Counted from the first letter of the stretch, positions 10,689 to 23,045 are shown. The stretch: 64,000 nucleotides of DNA from an uncultured Thiomicrospira sp. (GCA_965195345.1 OZ239628.1:1728001-1792000), one strand, 5' to 3'. Notes: a model not told the origin generated them from the letters alone. Numbers and translations: made by a program.

Positions 10689-11852
10689 ATGCTAAAAGGC
10701 CTCAATAGTGAACGTAATCGTTCAATTATTTTTCAAATTATTGCTGTAATTGTCGTGATTTCTTTAGGTTTTTACCTATTTGAAAACATGCAAGAAAACA
10801 TGGCTAAGAGAAATCTTTCTTCTGGATTTGATTTCCTATCCAACAATGCAGGATTTCAGATTCTGTACAGCCCATTTATGGAGTTTTCTCCTTCGTTGGG
10901 AACATATTTTGACACTTTTCTAATTGGCATTGGCAACACTTTGCTCGTTAGCGTCTTAGGGATTATATCTTCTACTATTGTCGGCTTTGCGGTAGGGGTA
11001 TCTCGACTGTCTTCTAATTGGATAGTCAATCGTCTCGCTTTGATATATATTGAGCTGTTTCGTAACATCCCATTGCTTTTACAGATCATGTTTTGGTATT
11101 TCGCTATACTGATTCCTTCAATGCCGGGATCTACCGACCCCTTGTATCTTCTAAGCAATAATTTTATACTGAGTAATGAGGGTCTTATTTTTCCAGTAAT
11201 AATCGCCCAAGCAACCAGCACTGCATTCTGGATCGGTCTGCTTGTGGCACTCATTGGGTTCATTTTCTTCCGTCGTTGGGCCAATAATCGCCAAGCAAAA
11301 ACAGGGCAAATATTACCTGTCTGGACAATAATGATTTTGGGCTTTATTCTATTTGCTCTTATTTGGTACTTTTTATTAGATCCTTATGAATTTACTAAGC
11401 CCGCTAAGGAACGCTTTACTTTTGTTGGTGGTCCAGTATTGATTCCTGAGTTAGCTGCTTTGTGGTTCGCATTGACCACGTACACCAGTGCATTCATTGC
11501 TGAAACCGTTCGTGCTGGAATAGAATCAGTTCCTAAAGGACAAACTGAAGCGGCAAAATCATTAGGACTTTCTAACGCTAAGGCTTTGAGATTGGTTGTC
11601 ATCCCTCAAGCTTTGCGCCTAATCATTCCACCTCAAACCAGTCAATACTTAAACCTTGCCAAGAACTCTTCGTTGGCAACTGCTATAGGCTATCCTGACT
11701 TAGTTGCCTTATTTGCTGGAACAGCATTGAACCAAATAGGTAAGGCTGTTGAGATTATTTCAATGACTATGCTTGTTTATCTGACTATCAGTCTATGCAT
11801 TTCGATGCTAATGAATTGGTATAACCACAAAATTTCACTAACGGAGCGCTAA
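10689..11852 (+). CDS. aapQ: Amino acid ABC transporter permease AapQ
   Basis: FRNIPLLLQ, EAA loop (GQTEAAKSLG), KNSSLATAIGYPDL. Confidence 0.92.
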   Translation: MLKGLNSERNRSIIFQIIAVIVVISLGFYLFENMQENMAKRNLSSGFDFLSNNAGFQILYSPFMEFSPSLGTYFDTFLIGIGNTLLVSVLGIISSTIVGFAVGVSRLSSNWIVNRLALIYIELFRNIPLLLQIMFWYFAILIPSMPGSTDPLYLLSNNFILSNEGLIFPVIIAQATSTAFWIGLLVALIGFIFFRRWANNRQAKTGQILPVWTIMILGFILFALIWYFLLDPYEFTKPAKERFTFVGGPVLIPELAALWFALTTYTSAFIAETVRAGIESVPKGQTEAAKSLGLSNAKALRLVVIPQALRLIIPPQTSQYLNLAKNSSLATAIGYPDLVALFAGTALNQIGKAVEIISMTMLVYLTISLCISMLMNWYNHKISLTER

Positions 11853-12952
11853 TGGTATCTGAATGGCGTAGCTACATTGTTCGGCAAACCGGGATTTACG
11901 GATGGATATTAAATAATTTATTATCCACTCCTGCCAATATTATCTTAACTGCCTTAGGTATTTGGTTTATCTCCTCTACCATCCCCTCATTTTTAAATTG
12001 GGCATTGTTTAATGCATATTGGGTAGGAACTAGTCCAGATGATTGTGGAACTGACGGCGCATGTTGGGTGTTTATAAAACAACAATTCAATATCATTATT
12101 TACGGATTCTATCCTCAAGATCAACTGTGGAGGCCTAATTTTGTTTTCTTTGCCACCATAGCATTGGTTTTAGGCTATAAACTTCCCATAGGTCGAAAAG
12201 GAAAAACATTTCTTTCTTTCTTTCTATTACTCATTTACCCCTTCATCATCACAGCCATTCTGCATGGCACGCTATTCGGCATTGAGTTTTTCAGTGAAGT
12301 AGAAACCGATCGTTGGGGCGGATTGATGTTGACATTAGTTCTCTCGGCAGTTGGAATTCTGGCCTCTTTTCCTATAGGAATATTACTTGCTCTAGGTAGG
12401 CGTTCTGATAACATGCCCATTATTCGTGCTTTTTGCATCATATTCATTGAATTTTGGCGAGGAGTTCCTTTAATCACGGTATTGTTCATGGCATCTGTCA
12501 TGTTGCCTTTGTTTTTGCCTGAAGGATCGGATTTTGAAAAACTAACCCGAGCACTTATTGGTATTACTTTATTTGAAGCAGCTTATATGGCTGAAGTGAT
12601 CAGAGGAGGCTTACAATCAATTCCTCGCGGACAATATGAAGCTTGTGATGCTTTAGGTTTAGGGTATTGGAGGAAAATGATTTTGGTTATTTTGCCTCAA
12701 GCAATTAAATTAGTAATTCCCGGTATTGTTAATACCTGTATTGCTTTGTTCAAAGATACTTCTTTGGTCTCTATTATTGGGTTATGGGACCTTCTTAACG
12801 CAGCTTACAACGCTACTCGCGACCCTCTATGGTTGGCGTATACGATCGAAGGATTTGCCTTTACTGCGCTAATTTATTTTATATTTTGTTTTGGAATGTC
12901 TCAATACAGCCAAATACTTGAACGCAGGCTCTCTTACACTGCAAAAACATAA
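11852..12952 (+). CDS. aapM: Amino acid ABC transporter permease AapM
   Basis: WGGLMLT, RGVPLITVLFMAS, FKDTSLV. Confidence 0.92.
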   Translation: MVSEWRSYIVRQTGIYGWILNNLLSTPANIILTALGIWFISSTIPSFLNWALFNAYWVGTSPDDCGTDGACWVFIKQQFNIIIYGFYPQDQLWRPNFVFFATIALVLGYKLPIGRKGKTFLSFFLLLIYPFIITAILHGTLFGIEFFSEVETDRWGGLMLTLVLSAVGILASFPIGILLALGRRSDNMPIIRAFCIIFIEFWRGVPLITVLFMASVMLPLFLPEGSDFEKLTRALIGITLFEAAYMAEVIRGGLQSIPRGQYEACDALGLGYWRKMILVILPQAIKLVIPGIVNTCIALFKDTSLVSIIGLWDLLNAAYNATRDPLWLAYTIEGFAFTALIYFIFCFGMSQYSQILERRLSYTAKT

Positions 12953-12970
12953 TAAAACCATTTAAAAATT

Positions 12971-13720
12971 ATGAAAGAAAATACTGAAACGGTTATATCT
13001 ATAAAAAAGATGAATAAGTGGTATGGGGATTTTCACGTACTTAACGATATAGACCTTGACGTTCATAAAGGTGAAAAAATCGTTATATGTGGCCCTTCTG
13101 GTTCTGGAAAATCAACACTGATTCGTTGTATCAATCGTCTTGAAGCACACCAGAAAGGCGAAATAATTGTTTATGATCGCGAGCTAACCGACGACATTAA
13201 ATCCATTGAGCACGTGCGCCATCATGTTGGAATGGTCTTTCAATCTTTCAATCTTTTCCCTCATTTAACTGTTTTGGAAAACTTGATGCTTTCTCCAAAA
13301 TGGGTGAGCAAAACACCAGATGCTGAAGCAAGAGAAACGGCTCTTAAATATTTGAGCCGTGTTAAGATTTCCGAACAATCTGATAAGTACCCTGGTCAAC
13401 TGTCTGGTGGGCAACAACAACGTGTTGCTATTGCTCGCGCTTTGTGTATGAATCCTGACATTATGCTCTTTGATGAACCAACTTCGGCACTTGACCCTGA
13501 AATCATTAACGAAGTGCTTGAAGTCATGATTGAACTAGCAGAAGGTGGTATGACTATGTTGGTGGTCACTCATGAGATGGGCTTTGCAAGAAAAGTAGCC
13601 GATTGTGTGATGTTTATGGATCAAGGTGAAGTAATTGAAAGATCCTCTCCAGAACAGTTTTTCACCAACCCTGAAAGTCCGAGAACGCAAAAGTTTCTCG
13701 AACAAATAATCACACACTAA
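12971..13720 (+). CDS. aapP: Amino acid ABC transporter ATP-binding protein AapP
   Basis: [35 protein letters not shown]. Confidence 0.95.
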   Translation: MKENTETVISIKKMNKWYGDFHVLNDIDLDVHKGEKIVICGPSGSGKSTLIRCINRLEAHQKGEIIVYDRELTDDIKSIEHVRHHVGMVFQSFNLFPHLTVLENLMLSPKWVSKTPDAEARETALKYLSRVKISEQSDKYPGQLSGGQQQRVAIARALCMNPDIMLFDEPTSALDPEIINEVLEVMIELAEGGMTMLVVTHEMGFARKVADCVMFMDQGEVIERSSPEQFFTNPESPRTQKFLEQIITH

Positions 13721-15005
13721 AACGATCTTTTATTGCAACTAAGGCCTTTTCTGCTGCAATAATAGTTGCATCTATATCTTCGTCGCTATGTGCACTGCAA
13801 ATAAAGCCGGCCTCATAAGCAGATGGTGCAAAATAGAAACCTTCTCGAAGCATTTCATGAAAGAAAAAGTTATACAGTTGAACACCTGATGCAACTTGAG
13901 AAAAACGGCTAACCTGTTCGCTTGAACCAAAGAATAAACCAAACATCGCTCCAGCACGATTACAACTCATGGGAACATTGTTCTTTTTAGCTGCCATTAA
14001 AATACCATCGCATAATCGATTGCATTGATTGAACAAATGTTCATAAACATTTTCTTCTTCAATCAACTCAAGCATTTTTAATCCAGCGCTCATGCACAAC
14101 GGGTTGCCTGACAATGTACCTGCTTGATATACAGCTCCCATGGGAGAAAGCATCTCCATAATCTCTTCTTTCCCTCCAAACGCACCTACAGGCAATCCTC
14201 CACCTATTATTTTCCCAAGACACGTTAAATCTGGATTGATACCATATAGTCTCTGAGCGCCTCCAATGGAAACACGAAAACCACTCATTACTTCATCAAA
14301 AATCAATAACGTTCCATTTCTTTTGCATAAAATAGCCAGCTCTTCAATAAATTCTTTTTCAGCGGGTATACAATTCATATTACCCGCTACAGGTTCAATA
14401 ATGACGGCGGCCAATCGTTCACCATACTCATTAAAATTTGCACGTAAATTTTCTATATTGTTAAATTCAAAAACCAGTGTTAAATCGGTAAATTCCTTAG
14501 GAACACCTGGTGAATTGGGCTCACCATGTGTGAGCATCCCCGACCCTCCTTTTACCAACAAAGCATCTGCATGTCCATGATAACAACCTTCAAATTTAGC
14601 AATCAAATCTCGTCCCGTGTATGCTCGAGCTAATCGCAAAGCACTCATAGTAGCTTCTGTACCTGAATTTACAAAGCGTACTTTGTCCATTGAAGGAACG
14701 TGCTGCTTTATTTTTTCTGCCAGCTGTGTTTCCAGTTCTGTCGGTGCTCCAAAGCTCACTCCATTGTGAGCTGCCTCTATAATAGCATCGCGTATGACTG
14801 GATGATTATGTCCCATTATCATCGGCCCCCACGATCCCACATAATCAATATAAGACTTTCCTTCTATATCGTATAGCCAACAGCCATCTGCCTTTTTAAT
14901 GAATATTGGATCACCACCGACTCCTTTAAAAGCGCGTACCGGAGAATTAACACCACCGGGGATAACTTTTTTTGCCTGCTTAAAAGCTGTTTTGTTAGTA
15001 TTCAT
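13710..15005 (-). CDS. hemL: Glutamate-1-semialdehyde 2,1-aminomutase
   Basis: [32 protein letters not shown]. Confidence 0.98.
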   Translation of the reverse strand: MNTNKTAFKQAKKVIPGGVNSPVRAFKGVGGDPIFIKKADGCWLYDIEGKSYIDYVGSWGPMIMGHNHPVIRDAIIEAAHNGVSFGAPTELETQLAEKIKQHVPSMDKVRFVNSGTEATMSALRLARAYTGRDLIAKFEGCYHGHADALLVKGGSGMLTHGEPNSPGVPKEFTDLTLVFEFNNIENLRANFNEYGERLAAVIIEPVAGNMNCIPAEKEFIEELAILCKRNGTLLIFDEVMSGFRVSIGGAQRLYGINPDLTCLGKIIGGGLPVGAFGGKEEIMEMLSPMGAVYQAGTLSGNPLCMSAGLKMLELIEEENVYEHLFNQCNRLCDGILMAAKKNNVPMSCNRAGAMFGLFFGSSEQVSRFSQVASGVQLYNFFFHEMLREGFYFAPSAYEAGFICSAHSDEDIDATIIAAEKALVAIKDRFSV

Positions 15006-15041
15006 TAGGTTTCCTAGAATTTAAATGCCACAATAAGGCTA

Positions 15042-16814
15042 TTGTATAATGCTAGCACTCGATACACAAAGAAACAAACCTTGAATCAACCAACCAAAAC
15101 GCAGCAATATCTCCGACTATTGCAATATCTAAAGCAGGTAAAAGGCCTCGTAGCTATTGCAGTTGCTACCATGCTTATGGCAGCGGCAACAGAACCCTTG
15201 TTACCTGCGTTGATGGAGCCTTTAATTGATAGAAGCCTCATTGATAAAGATCGAACTTCAATTACTTGGATTCCACTTGCGATGCTTGCGCTATTTTTAG
15301 TGCGTGGCATCATTGATTACCTTAATCGAATAAGTACTGTTGCGATTGCTCAACAATCGATAGAACAATTACGTAACCAAATGTTTGCAAAATTACAATA
15401 CCTGCCTATGCACTCATTTGAAGAAAATACCAGTGGCTCTTTAATATCTCGATTTACGTTTGATGTCAATCAGATGGCCAACGCTTTATCTGAAGCTTGG
15501 GTGGTATTAATTCGTGACTCACTGGTTGTTTTAGCACTTGTTTCCTATCTGCTATACTTGTCTTGGCAGTTATCATTGGTGCTGCTTTTAGTCGGTCCAA
15601 TTGCAGGGTACATAATCCATCGAGCTTCTAATGCCATGCGCAAATATTCAGCAAATGCGCAGACTAAAATGGGCGATATGACTCATTTACTTGAAGAAAG
15701 TATTGAGGGACACCGTGATATAAAAATTTTTGCCGCTGAGCATACAGAGAAGAAAAGATTTAATAGTGTTTCTGCTGAAGTACGTGATCAATTATTGAAA
15801 ATAAATCGAATTGCGGCACTTAATGTCCCATTGGTTCAGGTGATTGCGGCAAGTTCAGTAAGCGTTGTACTATATATTGCTTTTGAAATGAATGCCCACT
15901 CTTTACTTTCTCCGGGGGTATTCGTCTCATACATAACAGCAATGGCGTTATTGTTTGAGCCCATTCGCCGCCTTACTCACGTTAACCCCGAAATTCAAAA
16001 AGGCTTAGCCGCCGCCGATACATTGTTCGCCATTCTTGATGCACCAGTAGAAATCGACAACGGAAACCAGGTCGCAACCAATATAAAAGGCGAAGTGCAG
16101 TTTAATGATGTGTTTTTTAATTACCCCAACGGTACAAAAGCACTTAAAGCCATTACTTTCAACATTAAAGCTGGAGAAAAAGTTGCCATCGTAGGCACTT
16201 CAGGCAGCGGAAAATCAACGATCATGAATCTATTGATGCGTTTTTATCATCCTCAAAATGGTGAAATTTGTATTGATGGCATTCCAATTAATGCACTCAC
16301 CCTTGAAAGTCTGCGCCAAAATATTGCATTAGTTAGCCAGAAAGTAGTACTCTTTGATGCTTCAGCAGGCAATAATATTGCTTTTGGAAGCAACTCCTGT
16401 GCAAGCAAAGCCGCGATTAAAGAAGCTGCCATTAATGCAGATGCAGATGCGTTCATTCAGACACTTGAGCATGGATACGACTCCAGAATAGGAGAAAATG
16501 GGTCATTGCTTTCTGGCGGACAACGACAACGCATAGCTATCGCTCGAGCATTTTTAAAAAACGCCCCCATTTTATTGCTTGACGAAGCATCATCAGCACT
16601 TGATAATGAATCTGAATCTGCCGTTCAAAAATCCATCGAAAAGTTAAGGCAAGGACGTACTACGCTGATTATTGCTCATCGACTATCGACCATAAAAAAT
16701 GCAGATCGAATAATCGTAATGCAGAATGGAAAAATCATTGATCAAGGAAACCATGAAACGCTTTTACATTCTTCAAAAGTCTATTCAAATCTTTACAAAG
16801 GAATGGAACGTTGA
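15042..16814 (+). CDS. msbA: Lipid A export ABC transporter MsbA
   Basis: ABC TM domain plus GTSGSGKS and LSGGQRQRIAIARAFLKNAPILLLDEA. True start may be TTG 15081. Confidence 0.85.
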   Translation: MYNASTRYTKKQTLNQPTKTQQYLRLLQYLKQVKGLVAIAVATMLMAAATEPLLPALMEPLIDRSLIDKDRTSITWIPLAMLALFLVRGIIDYLNRISTVAIAQQSIEQLRNQMFAKLQYLPMHSFEENTSGSLISRFTFDVNQMANALSEAWVVLIRDSLVVLALVSYLLYLSWQLSLVLLLVGPIAGYIIHRASNAMRKYSANAQTKMGDMTHLLEESIEGHRDIKIFAAEHTEKKRFNSVSAEVRDQLLKINRIAALNVPLVQVIAASSVSVVLYIAFEMNAHSLLSPGVFVSYITAMALLFEPIRRLTHVNPEIQKGLAAADTLFAILDAPVEIDNGNQVATNIKGEVQFNDVFFNYPNGTKALKAITFNIKAGEKVAIVGTSGSGKSTIMNLLMRFYHPQNGEICIDGIPINALTLESLRQNIALVSQKVVLFDASAGNNIAFGSNSCASKAAIKEAAINADADAFIQTLEHGYDSRIGENGSLLSGGQRQRIAIARAFLKNAPILLLDEASSALDNESESAVQKSIEKLRQGRTTLIIAHRLSTIKNADRIIVMQNGKIIDQGNHETLLHSSKVYSNLYKGMER

Positions 16815-16897
16815 TGAAGACATTCTCCAATATCCATTTATACACTTGTTTGGAGTTTCTTTAAGAAAAACCAAGATAAAAAGAGTCTTTCAGCCAA

Positions 16898-17632
16898 TCA
16901 TTTAGGCAGATCTTTATCTGAAGAATAATTAGGCAGATCTTTTAAGTCAATTTCTTCAATATTTGCTTTTTTCAAAGAACCATTGATTTTCTCGAGTTTT
17001 TCATCAAGCAACTTTAAGTGATCTACCACGGCAGTAAATGCTTCTACCTCAGGATCGGGGGCATCAGGATTTAACCCATACGCCTCAAAACCCACTTTGG
17101 AAAACAAAGACGTTTGCGTAGTAACAATTTTTGCAGGGATGCCAACTGCAGTTGCTCCTGCTGGGACTTCCTTTACAACCACTGCATTTGAGCCAACACG
17201 AGCGTTATCGCCAATCAGTATTGGTCCCAATATTTTAGCGCCAGCACCAACAATTACTCCATCACCTAACGTTGGATGGCGTTTGACTTTTTGCCATGTA
17301 GTTCCTCCAAGCGTTACTCCTTGATAAACTGAACAATCATTGCCTATTTCAGTAGTTGCTCCAATAACAATACCCATGCCGTGATCTACAAAAAAACGTT
17401 CACCAATCTTTGCACCTGGATGAATTTCAACGCCAGTAAGTAAGCGCCCTACGTTAGAGAGCATTCGCGCAATTGTACACAGACCAATATTCCAAAGAAC
17501 ATGGGTAACTCTATACATATATACTGAATGGATACCTGTGTGTGTCAATACGACTTCCAAAACGCCTCGAGCTGCAGGGTCTCTTTCCAGAACGCATAAA
17601 GTATCCTGTCTAAAATGTCTAAAAAAACTCAT
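16898..17632 (-). CDS. cysE: Serine O-acetyltransferase
   Basis: ERDPAAR, TGVEIHPGAKIG, KRHPTLGDGV. Confidence 0.95.
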   Translation of the reverse strand: MSFFRHFRQDTLCVLERDPAARGVLEVVLTHTGIHSVYMYRVTHVLWNIGLCTIARMLSNVGRLLTGVEIHPGAKIGERFFVDHGMGIVIGATTEIGNDCSVYQGVTLGGTTWQKVKRHPTLGDGVIVGAGAKILGPILIGDNARVGSNAVVVKEVPAGATAVGIPAKIVTTQTSLFSKVGFEAYGLNPDAPDPEVEAFTAVVDHLKLLDEKLEKINGSLKKANIEEIDLKDLPNYSSDKDLPK

Positions 17633-17651
17633 ATTTGTTTAACTTCTTTTT

Positions 17652-18176
17652 TCACTCTTTATAGCGCGCCATACCAGCAGTAATCTCATTTTTTGCAACA
17701 TCCACATCTCCCCAACCATCAATATTTACCCACTTCCCTGGTTCTAAAGATTTGTAGTGCGTGAAAAAATGTTCAATCTGTTCTTTAATGAGCGGAATGT
17801 CTTCAATTTTTTTCACATGTTTATAAATAGGCGTCAACTTGTCAACAGGAACTGCAATAACTTTTGCATCCTTACCACCGTCATCTGTCATTTCAAGCAC
17901 ACCAATAGGACGCGCTCGAATTACTGAACCTATCACCAGTGGATACGGCGTGATAACTAACACATCAACAGGATCACCATCTTCCGCCAATGTATTGTTA
18001 AGATAACCATAGTTAGCAGGATAGAACATCGGAGAGGACATAAAACGATCAACCCATACACTAGCCGTTTCTTTATCCACCTCGTATTTAACCGGAGCTG
18101 CGTTGGCGGGTATTTCAATAATGACATTTATGTCTTTAGGCGCGTCTTTACCAGTAGGAATATTTGCTATACTCAT
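17652..18176 (-). CDS. ppa: Inorganic pyrophosphatase
   Basis: [21 protein letters not shown]. Confidence 0.98.
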   Translation of the reverse strand: MSIANIPTGKDAPKDINVIIEIPANAAPVKYEVDKETASVWVDRFMSSPMFYPANYGYLNNTLAEDGDPVDVLVITPYPLVIGSVIRARPIGVLEMTDDGGKDAKVIAVPVDKLTPIYKHVKKIEDIPLIKEQIEHFFTHYKSLEPGKWVNIDGWGDVDVAKNEITAGMARYKE

Positions 18177-18566
18177 GATTCTTTTATTTCCAAAATATTA
18201 ATCGATAATCGTGATTGTACCAATTTACAGCGTTTCCTTTTCTTTGGAGATGAAATTATTTAACACATTAGAGGTGTATACTTTTAAGAAGAGTAGTTTT
18301 TATTAAAAATAACTACTTCGTGATGTTGCTATGCATTGATCCTTGAAGCATTAAAAAATCGATGGAAATAAATCATTAGTAATGATATGAAAATAAACTT
18401 GATAGGCATCAAATCCTTGCAAAACGATTAAAATGATAAATATTAATAGTAACTTTGTATAATGCCATAACTTTGATATTTAATGATATTGAAATAAAAC
18501 CGTTTTTTTACAAAATCACCTTGCACAGGAGACCTATTTCATGTTGCTAATTTCCTCAAAACAACG

Positions 18567-20981
18567 ATGAAGACGCATGCTCGAGTAGTAGTGATCGGAG
18601 GGGGTATTGCTGGCTGTTCAACGCTCTATCATCTAACACGCGAAGGATGGAATGATGTTGTACTGATTGAGCGCGACGAATTAACATCGGGGTCAACTTG
18701 GCATGCTGCTGCTCAAGTCACTCAGTTTGGCGCAAACCAGACAATGGTTGCCTTAAAGAGACACAGCATCAACCTTTACCGTGAGCTTGCTGCTGATTCA
18801 ACTCATCCGTTTGCCTATCACATAACAGGTGGCATGCGACTTGCCCACACGCAAGAGCAGGTCGATACCTACAAACACTTTGTCAGTATGGCGAGTGGTG
18901 TGAATGTTGAGATGGAATTTATCGGCGTGGAGGAAGTCGGAAAACGCCACCCACTTATTAATACCAAAGGTCTGATCGGAGCTTGGTGGGACCCTCTGGA
19001 TGGCGACATAGACCCTGCTGGAATAACGCTCGCACTTGCTCGGAAAGCTCGCGAAGCTGGTGCCGAAGTCTATCGATTCAATCCCGTCGAAAATATCACA
19101 CGCAAAGCAAATGGTGAGTTCATAGTGCATACTAAAAATGGCGACATCACTTGTGAAAAAGTGGTCAATGCTACCGGCTACCGCGTGAATGAAGTAGGTA
19201 ACATGCTTGGCGTTACCCATCCAGTGACATCGATGGAACACATGTATTTTGTAACCGACACATTGCCAGAGCTTGAAGCTTTGGACTTTATGGTGCCAAT
19301 TATTCGAGATCCGGGTGATGACTTTTATTCTCGCCAAGAAAAGAATGGATTGCTGGTAGGAATCTATGAACAAGGCTGTAAAACTTTTGGTATGGATGGC
19401 ATTGATCCGAACTTCACCCAAGCCCTGTGCCCATCAGACCTTGATCGCTGTCTCGATAACATGGAACAAATTTTTGAACGACTCCCTGCTTTAGAAAAGG
19501 CTGGAATCCATTCTGTTATCAACGGACCTATCACCTACACGATTGATGGCGCACCACTAATCGGGCAAATACCAGGCATTGAAAACGCCTACTGTGCGCT
19601 TGGTCTTCGAGCAGGTATTGGTGAAGCAGGTGGGCATGGCAAAATACTCGCTGAAATTATCGTTCATGGTGAGTCTGAATGGGATGCTTGGTGTTTAGAC
19701 CCTCGGCGTTTTACTCAGTACGCGACAACAGAATTCACTTCCATCAAAACTATTGAAGACTATCAAAACGAATTTCACTATCACCTTCCTCACGAACATC
19801 GACCAGCTGGACGTCCAATTCGTACAACACCGTTGTATCCACTACTCGATCAAATGGATTGCGCTTGGGGCGTCGTCAACGGTTGGGAAAGAGCACTGTT
19901 TTTCAAACCCAGTCGAGATTTTATCGATGAGCACAGCTATCGATTTACGCCAACCAAAGACATTGTTGCCGCAGAGATTGCGCACCTTCAAAACCATGTA
20001 AGCGTGATGGAAGTTTCAGGCTTCAATCGCTATGAAATAAGCGGAGAAGGCGTAGAAGCGTTTCTAAATCATATGGTTTGTGGACATGTTCCGACAGAGA
20101 TTGGCAAGCTTAGTCTTTGTTATCTATTGACTAAGAAAGGTAATGTCCTAAGTGAAGCCACGTTGGTCAAACTCGATGAGAATCTCTACTGGTGGGGTTC
20201 AGCAGCGGCATCCGAATGGCATGATCGTGATTGGTTAAATCATTTCAAACCCAAATCTGTCACTCTCACTGAACTTACAAACAGCCATACTACACTGGTT
20301 GTTGCTGGTCCCAAATCACGATCACTGCTGCAGGAAGTTTCTCCACGCTTTGACTTTACTGGAAAATCTCTTGGATGGTTGCGTTGTCAGGCGATATGCA
20401 TTGGCCACGTTGAGGTGGTTGTCATGAACGTGAGTTATTCAGGTGAGCTTTCCTATGAGTTGCATGTGCCGAACACTCAGCTAATCACTGTATGGAATAC
20501 TCTCAAACAAGCTGGTAAGCAGTACAACATGGGTGCCTTTGGCCTTTACGCTACTGAGTCGATGCGATTAGAGAAAGGTTTTCTGCATTGGAAGGCGGAT
20601 CTGATTTATGAATACAATCCGTTCGAGGCAGGTCTGGATCGTTTCGTAAAAATGGATAAATCCGATTTCATAGGCAAAGCTGCACTTATTAAGCAGGTTG
20701 AACGTGGCCCACGCAAACAGCTAGTATCACTAACTGTTGATTGCGATTTTGCCAGTGCCCATAACGGTGCTCCAGTATTTGCAGATGGTAATCTGACAGG
20801 CTCAGTTACTTCTGCTGGCTTCGGCCATCGAGTGAACAAAAATATTGCCTACGCCTATGTTCAACCAGAACATGCTGTCACTGGAATGAAATTGCAAGTA
20901 AATATTCTTGGAGAGCGTTATGATTGCGCAGTCGTACCGCCCGCTTTGTACGACCCGAAGTATGAGCGGATTCGAACGTGA
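18567..20981 (+). CDS. FAD-dependent oxidoreductase with GcvT domain (dimethylglycine/sarcosine dehydrogenase-like)
   Basis: GGGIAG FAD-binding motif, ELTSGSTWHAA, SYSGELSYELH, SMRLEKG; 804 aa. Confidence 0.9.
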   Translation: MKTHARVVVIGGGIAGCSTLYHLTREGWNDVVLIERDELTSGSTWHAAAQVTQFGANQTMVALKRHSINLYRELAADSTHPFAYHITGGMRLAHTQEQVDTYKHFVSMASGVNVEMEFIGVEEVGKRHPLINTKGLIGAWWDPLDGDIDPAGITLALARKAREAGAEVYRFNPVENITRKANGEFIVHTKNGDITCEKVVNATGYRVNEVGNMLGVTHPVTSMEHMYFVTDTLPELEALDFMVPIIRDPGDDFYSRQEKNGLLVGIYEQGCKTFGMDGIDPNFTQALCPSDLDRCLDNMEQIFERLPALEKAGIHSVINGPITYTIDGAPLIGQIPGIENAYCALGLRAGIGEAGGHGKILAEIIVHGESEWDAWCLDPRRFTQYATTEFTSIKTIEDYQNEFHYHLPHEHRPAGRPIRTTPLYPLLDQMDCAWGVVNGWERALFFKPSRDFIDEHSYRFTPTKDIVAAEIAHLQNHVSVMEVSGFNRYEISGEGVEAFLNHMVCGHVPTEIGKLSLCYLLTKKGNVLSEATLVKLDENLYWWGSAAASEWHDRDWLNHFKPKSVTLTELTNSHTTLVVAGPKSRSLLQEVSPRFDFTGKSLGWLRCQAICIGHVEVVVMNVSYSGELSYELHVPNTQLITVWNTLKQAGKQYNMGAFGLYATESMRLEKGFLHWKADLIYEYNPFEAGLDRFVKMDKSDFIGKAALIKQVERGPRKQLVSLTVDCDFASAHNGAPVFADGNLTGSVTSAGFGHRVNKNIAYAYVQPEHAVTGMKLQVNILGERYDCAVVPPALYDPKYERIRT

Positions 20982-21033
20982 ATAACTAAAATCATTGCGC
21001 CTGCATACAGCACAATGAGCATTTAAACACACG

Positions 21034-22224
21034 ATGTTGATGATTAAAAAGATCAGAAAATTTCTGTTTTTTGGTTTGATTGCATGTACTCTGCCTTCTC
21101 TAGCCCAGCCCCTTAACATATGCCTTGAACCACAAGGTAAAAAAGTGTTTGAAAATCCAACCGGGATTATATGGTTAGAACGCCGTAACGGTTGGTTCGT
21201 ATTAGAAAAGCGTGGACGCCTATACTTCTATGATGCTCAAAATAACGTTAAAGAACTTGTAGCAAACTGGCAAAAGCGTGTTAATGACTCTTTTGAAGGG
21301 GGGCTACTAAGCGTTGCTCTTGACCCTAACTTCTTTGAAAATAGATATATTTATACCCATATGACTTTAGCAGGCGAAGAAACGATATCTGCTATCGAAC
21401 GCTGGACAATTTCTTCCGATGGATTGGTGCAGTTGGATTCATTGAAAACTATCCTCACACAAATACAGCCTTATGACAATCACAACGGTGGACGTATTGC
21501 TTTTGGTCCTGATGGGTATCTTTATGTAGGGTTTGGCGACGGTGGACTGGCTGGAGATCCAAATGCCAATGCGCAAAATGTTAGCAATTTGCTCGGCGCA
21601 ATTTTGCGTATTAACGTACATACTCAAGAGCGCTATTTAATACCTGAAGATAATCCTTTTTTGCTAAGTTCTTTCGACAAATACCACGCACCAATGAAAA
21701 AAGAAAGTCGTCCAGAAATCTATGCATGGGGTTTGCGCAATCCTTGGCAATTTAGCTTTGACTCTCTTACAGGCGATTTATGGTTAGCCGATGTTGGAGA
21801 AAACCAGCAGGAAGAAATAAATTTAATACTCAAAGGTCACAATTATGGATGGGATTGCTATGAGGGGACACTGGAATTTGAGCCAAATAACTGGTGCACT
21901 GCCAATAAAAAACTTTTAGATTTTCCATACACCACATATTCTCGCTCGCTCGGAAAATCCGTTGTTGGAGGGTATGTGTATCGTGGAGAAAAATATACAG
22001 ACTGGTTTGGAAAATATTTTTTTGCAGACTTCATCAGCGGTAGGATTTGGACGTTCCCAACATCTAAGCTATTATTGAAAAAAAAACGCCAACCATTTCA
22101 TGAAACCTATAAAGGCAACATGTTCATCAGCAGTTTCGCTGAAGACGGCGAAGGTGAGCTCTACGTTGTTGGATATTACTCTGGACGTATATACGCATTA
22201 AAAGAGCAATGTAAAAAACATTGA
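21034..22224 (+). CDS. PQQ-dependent sugar dehydrogenase (GSDH beta-propeller)
   Basis: NHNGGRIAFGPDGYLYVGFGDGG, EIYAWGLRNPWQFSFD, SFAEDGEGELY; signal peptide. Confidence 0.9.
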   Translation: MLMIKKIRKFLFFGLIACTLPSLAQPLNICLEPQGKKVFENPTGIIWLERRNGWFVLEKRGRLYFYDAQNNVKELVANWQKRVNDSFEGGLLSVALDPNFFENRYIYTHMTLAGEETISAIERWTISSDGLVQLDSLKTILTQIQPYDNHNGGRIAFGPDGYLYVGFGDGGLAGDPNANAQNVSNLLGAILRINVHTQERYLIPEDNPFLLSSFDKYHAPMKKESRPEIYAWGLRNPWQFSFDSLTGDLWLADVGENQQEEINLILKGHNYGWDCYEGTLEFEPNNWCTANKKLLDFPYTTYSRSLGKSVVGGYVYRGEKYTDWFGKYFFADFISGRIWTFPTSKLLLKKKRQPFHETYKGNMFISSFAEDGEGELYVVGYYSGRIYALKEQCKKH

Positions 22225-22321
22225 AACCAGCGCATATTTACTACTTATTAAGCCGATTTATTGAGTAAATTTGAAAAAAAGATAGCTGAAAAATGATGCT
22301 CTTGAAACAGCACTAATTCAT

Positions 22322-22975
22322 TTATTTAATCGTGCTGAGACAGCTTTCTATCTGTTCACTAATCGATTTTATATCTGCTTCTCCGTCAATGGCAAAATAG
22401 ACAGAAGAACCGTCGCATGTCTTACTATTGTAGTGCCTCGTGAGCGGTTTAGTTTGCTCATGATACACCTCAAGCCTCGCTCGAACCGTTTCTTCTTTGT
22501 CATCATCACGTTGAACTAAAGCTTCACCTGTTAGATCATCTATCCCCTCTTTTTTTGGAGGATTGTATATAGTATGATAGGTACGCCCACTCGGTTTATG
22601 CACTCTGCGTCCACTCAAACGTTTCACCAATTTATCATCAGAAACAACAATTTCAACGACTACATCAATGACTACACCCGCTTTTTCCAAAGCGTCTGCT
22701 TGGGCTAACGTTCTAGGGAAACCATCAAAAATATACCCTTTTTTAGAAGTCTTTTGACCAACACGCTCGATCACTAAGCCGATGATAATTTCATCTGGAA
22801 CCAACTCGCCAGAATCCATATAGCCCTTTGCTTTCATCCCTAAATCGGTTTGGTTGATAACCGCTTCGCGAAGCATGTCGCCTGTGGATATTTGTGCAAG
22901 GTCAAACAAATCCATGATTTTTTGAGCTTGTGTTCCTTTGCCAGCTCCGGGGGGGCCTAGAAAAATAACGCGCAT
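22322..22975 (-). CDS. adk: Adenylate kinase
   Basis: [25 protein letters not shown]. Confidence 0.98.
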   Translation of the reverse strand: MRVIFLGPPGAGKGTQAQKIMDLFDLAQISTGDMLREAVINQTDLGMKAKGYMDSGELVPDEIIIGLVIERVGQKTSKKGYIFDGFPRTLAQADALEKAGVVIDVVVEIVVSDDKLVKRLSGRRVHKPSGRTYHTIYNPPKKEGIDDLTGEALVQRDDDKEETVRARLEVYHEQTKPLTRHYNSKTCDGSSVYFAIDGEADIKSISEQIESCLSTIK

Positions 22976-23045
22976 ATTACCTTATTTGATATTGAAAAAC
23001 ATATGCTCTATTATAGCGTAGAATACCGATTTCCCTGTAGTCACT

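Noticed and set aside
18177-18566. AT-rich intergenic region as an ncRNA or replication origin
   Set aside because: No stable structure or DnaA-box cluster is seen; it is adequately explained by divergent promoters for ppa and the oxidoreductase.
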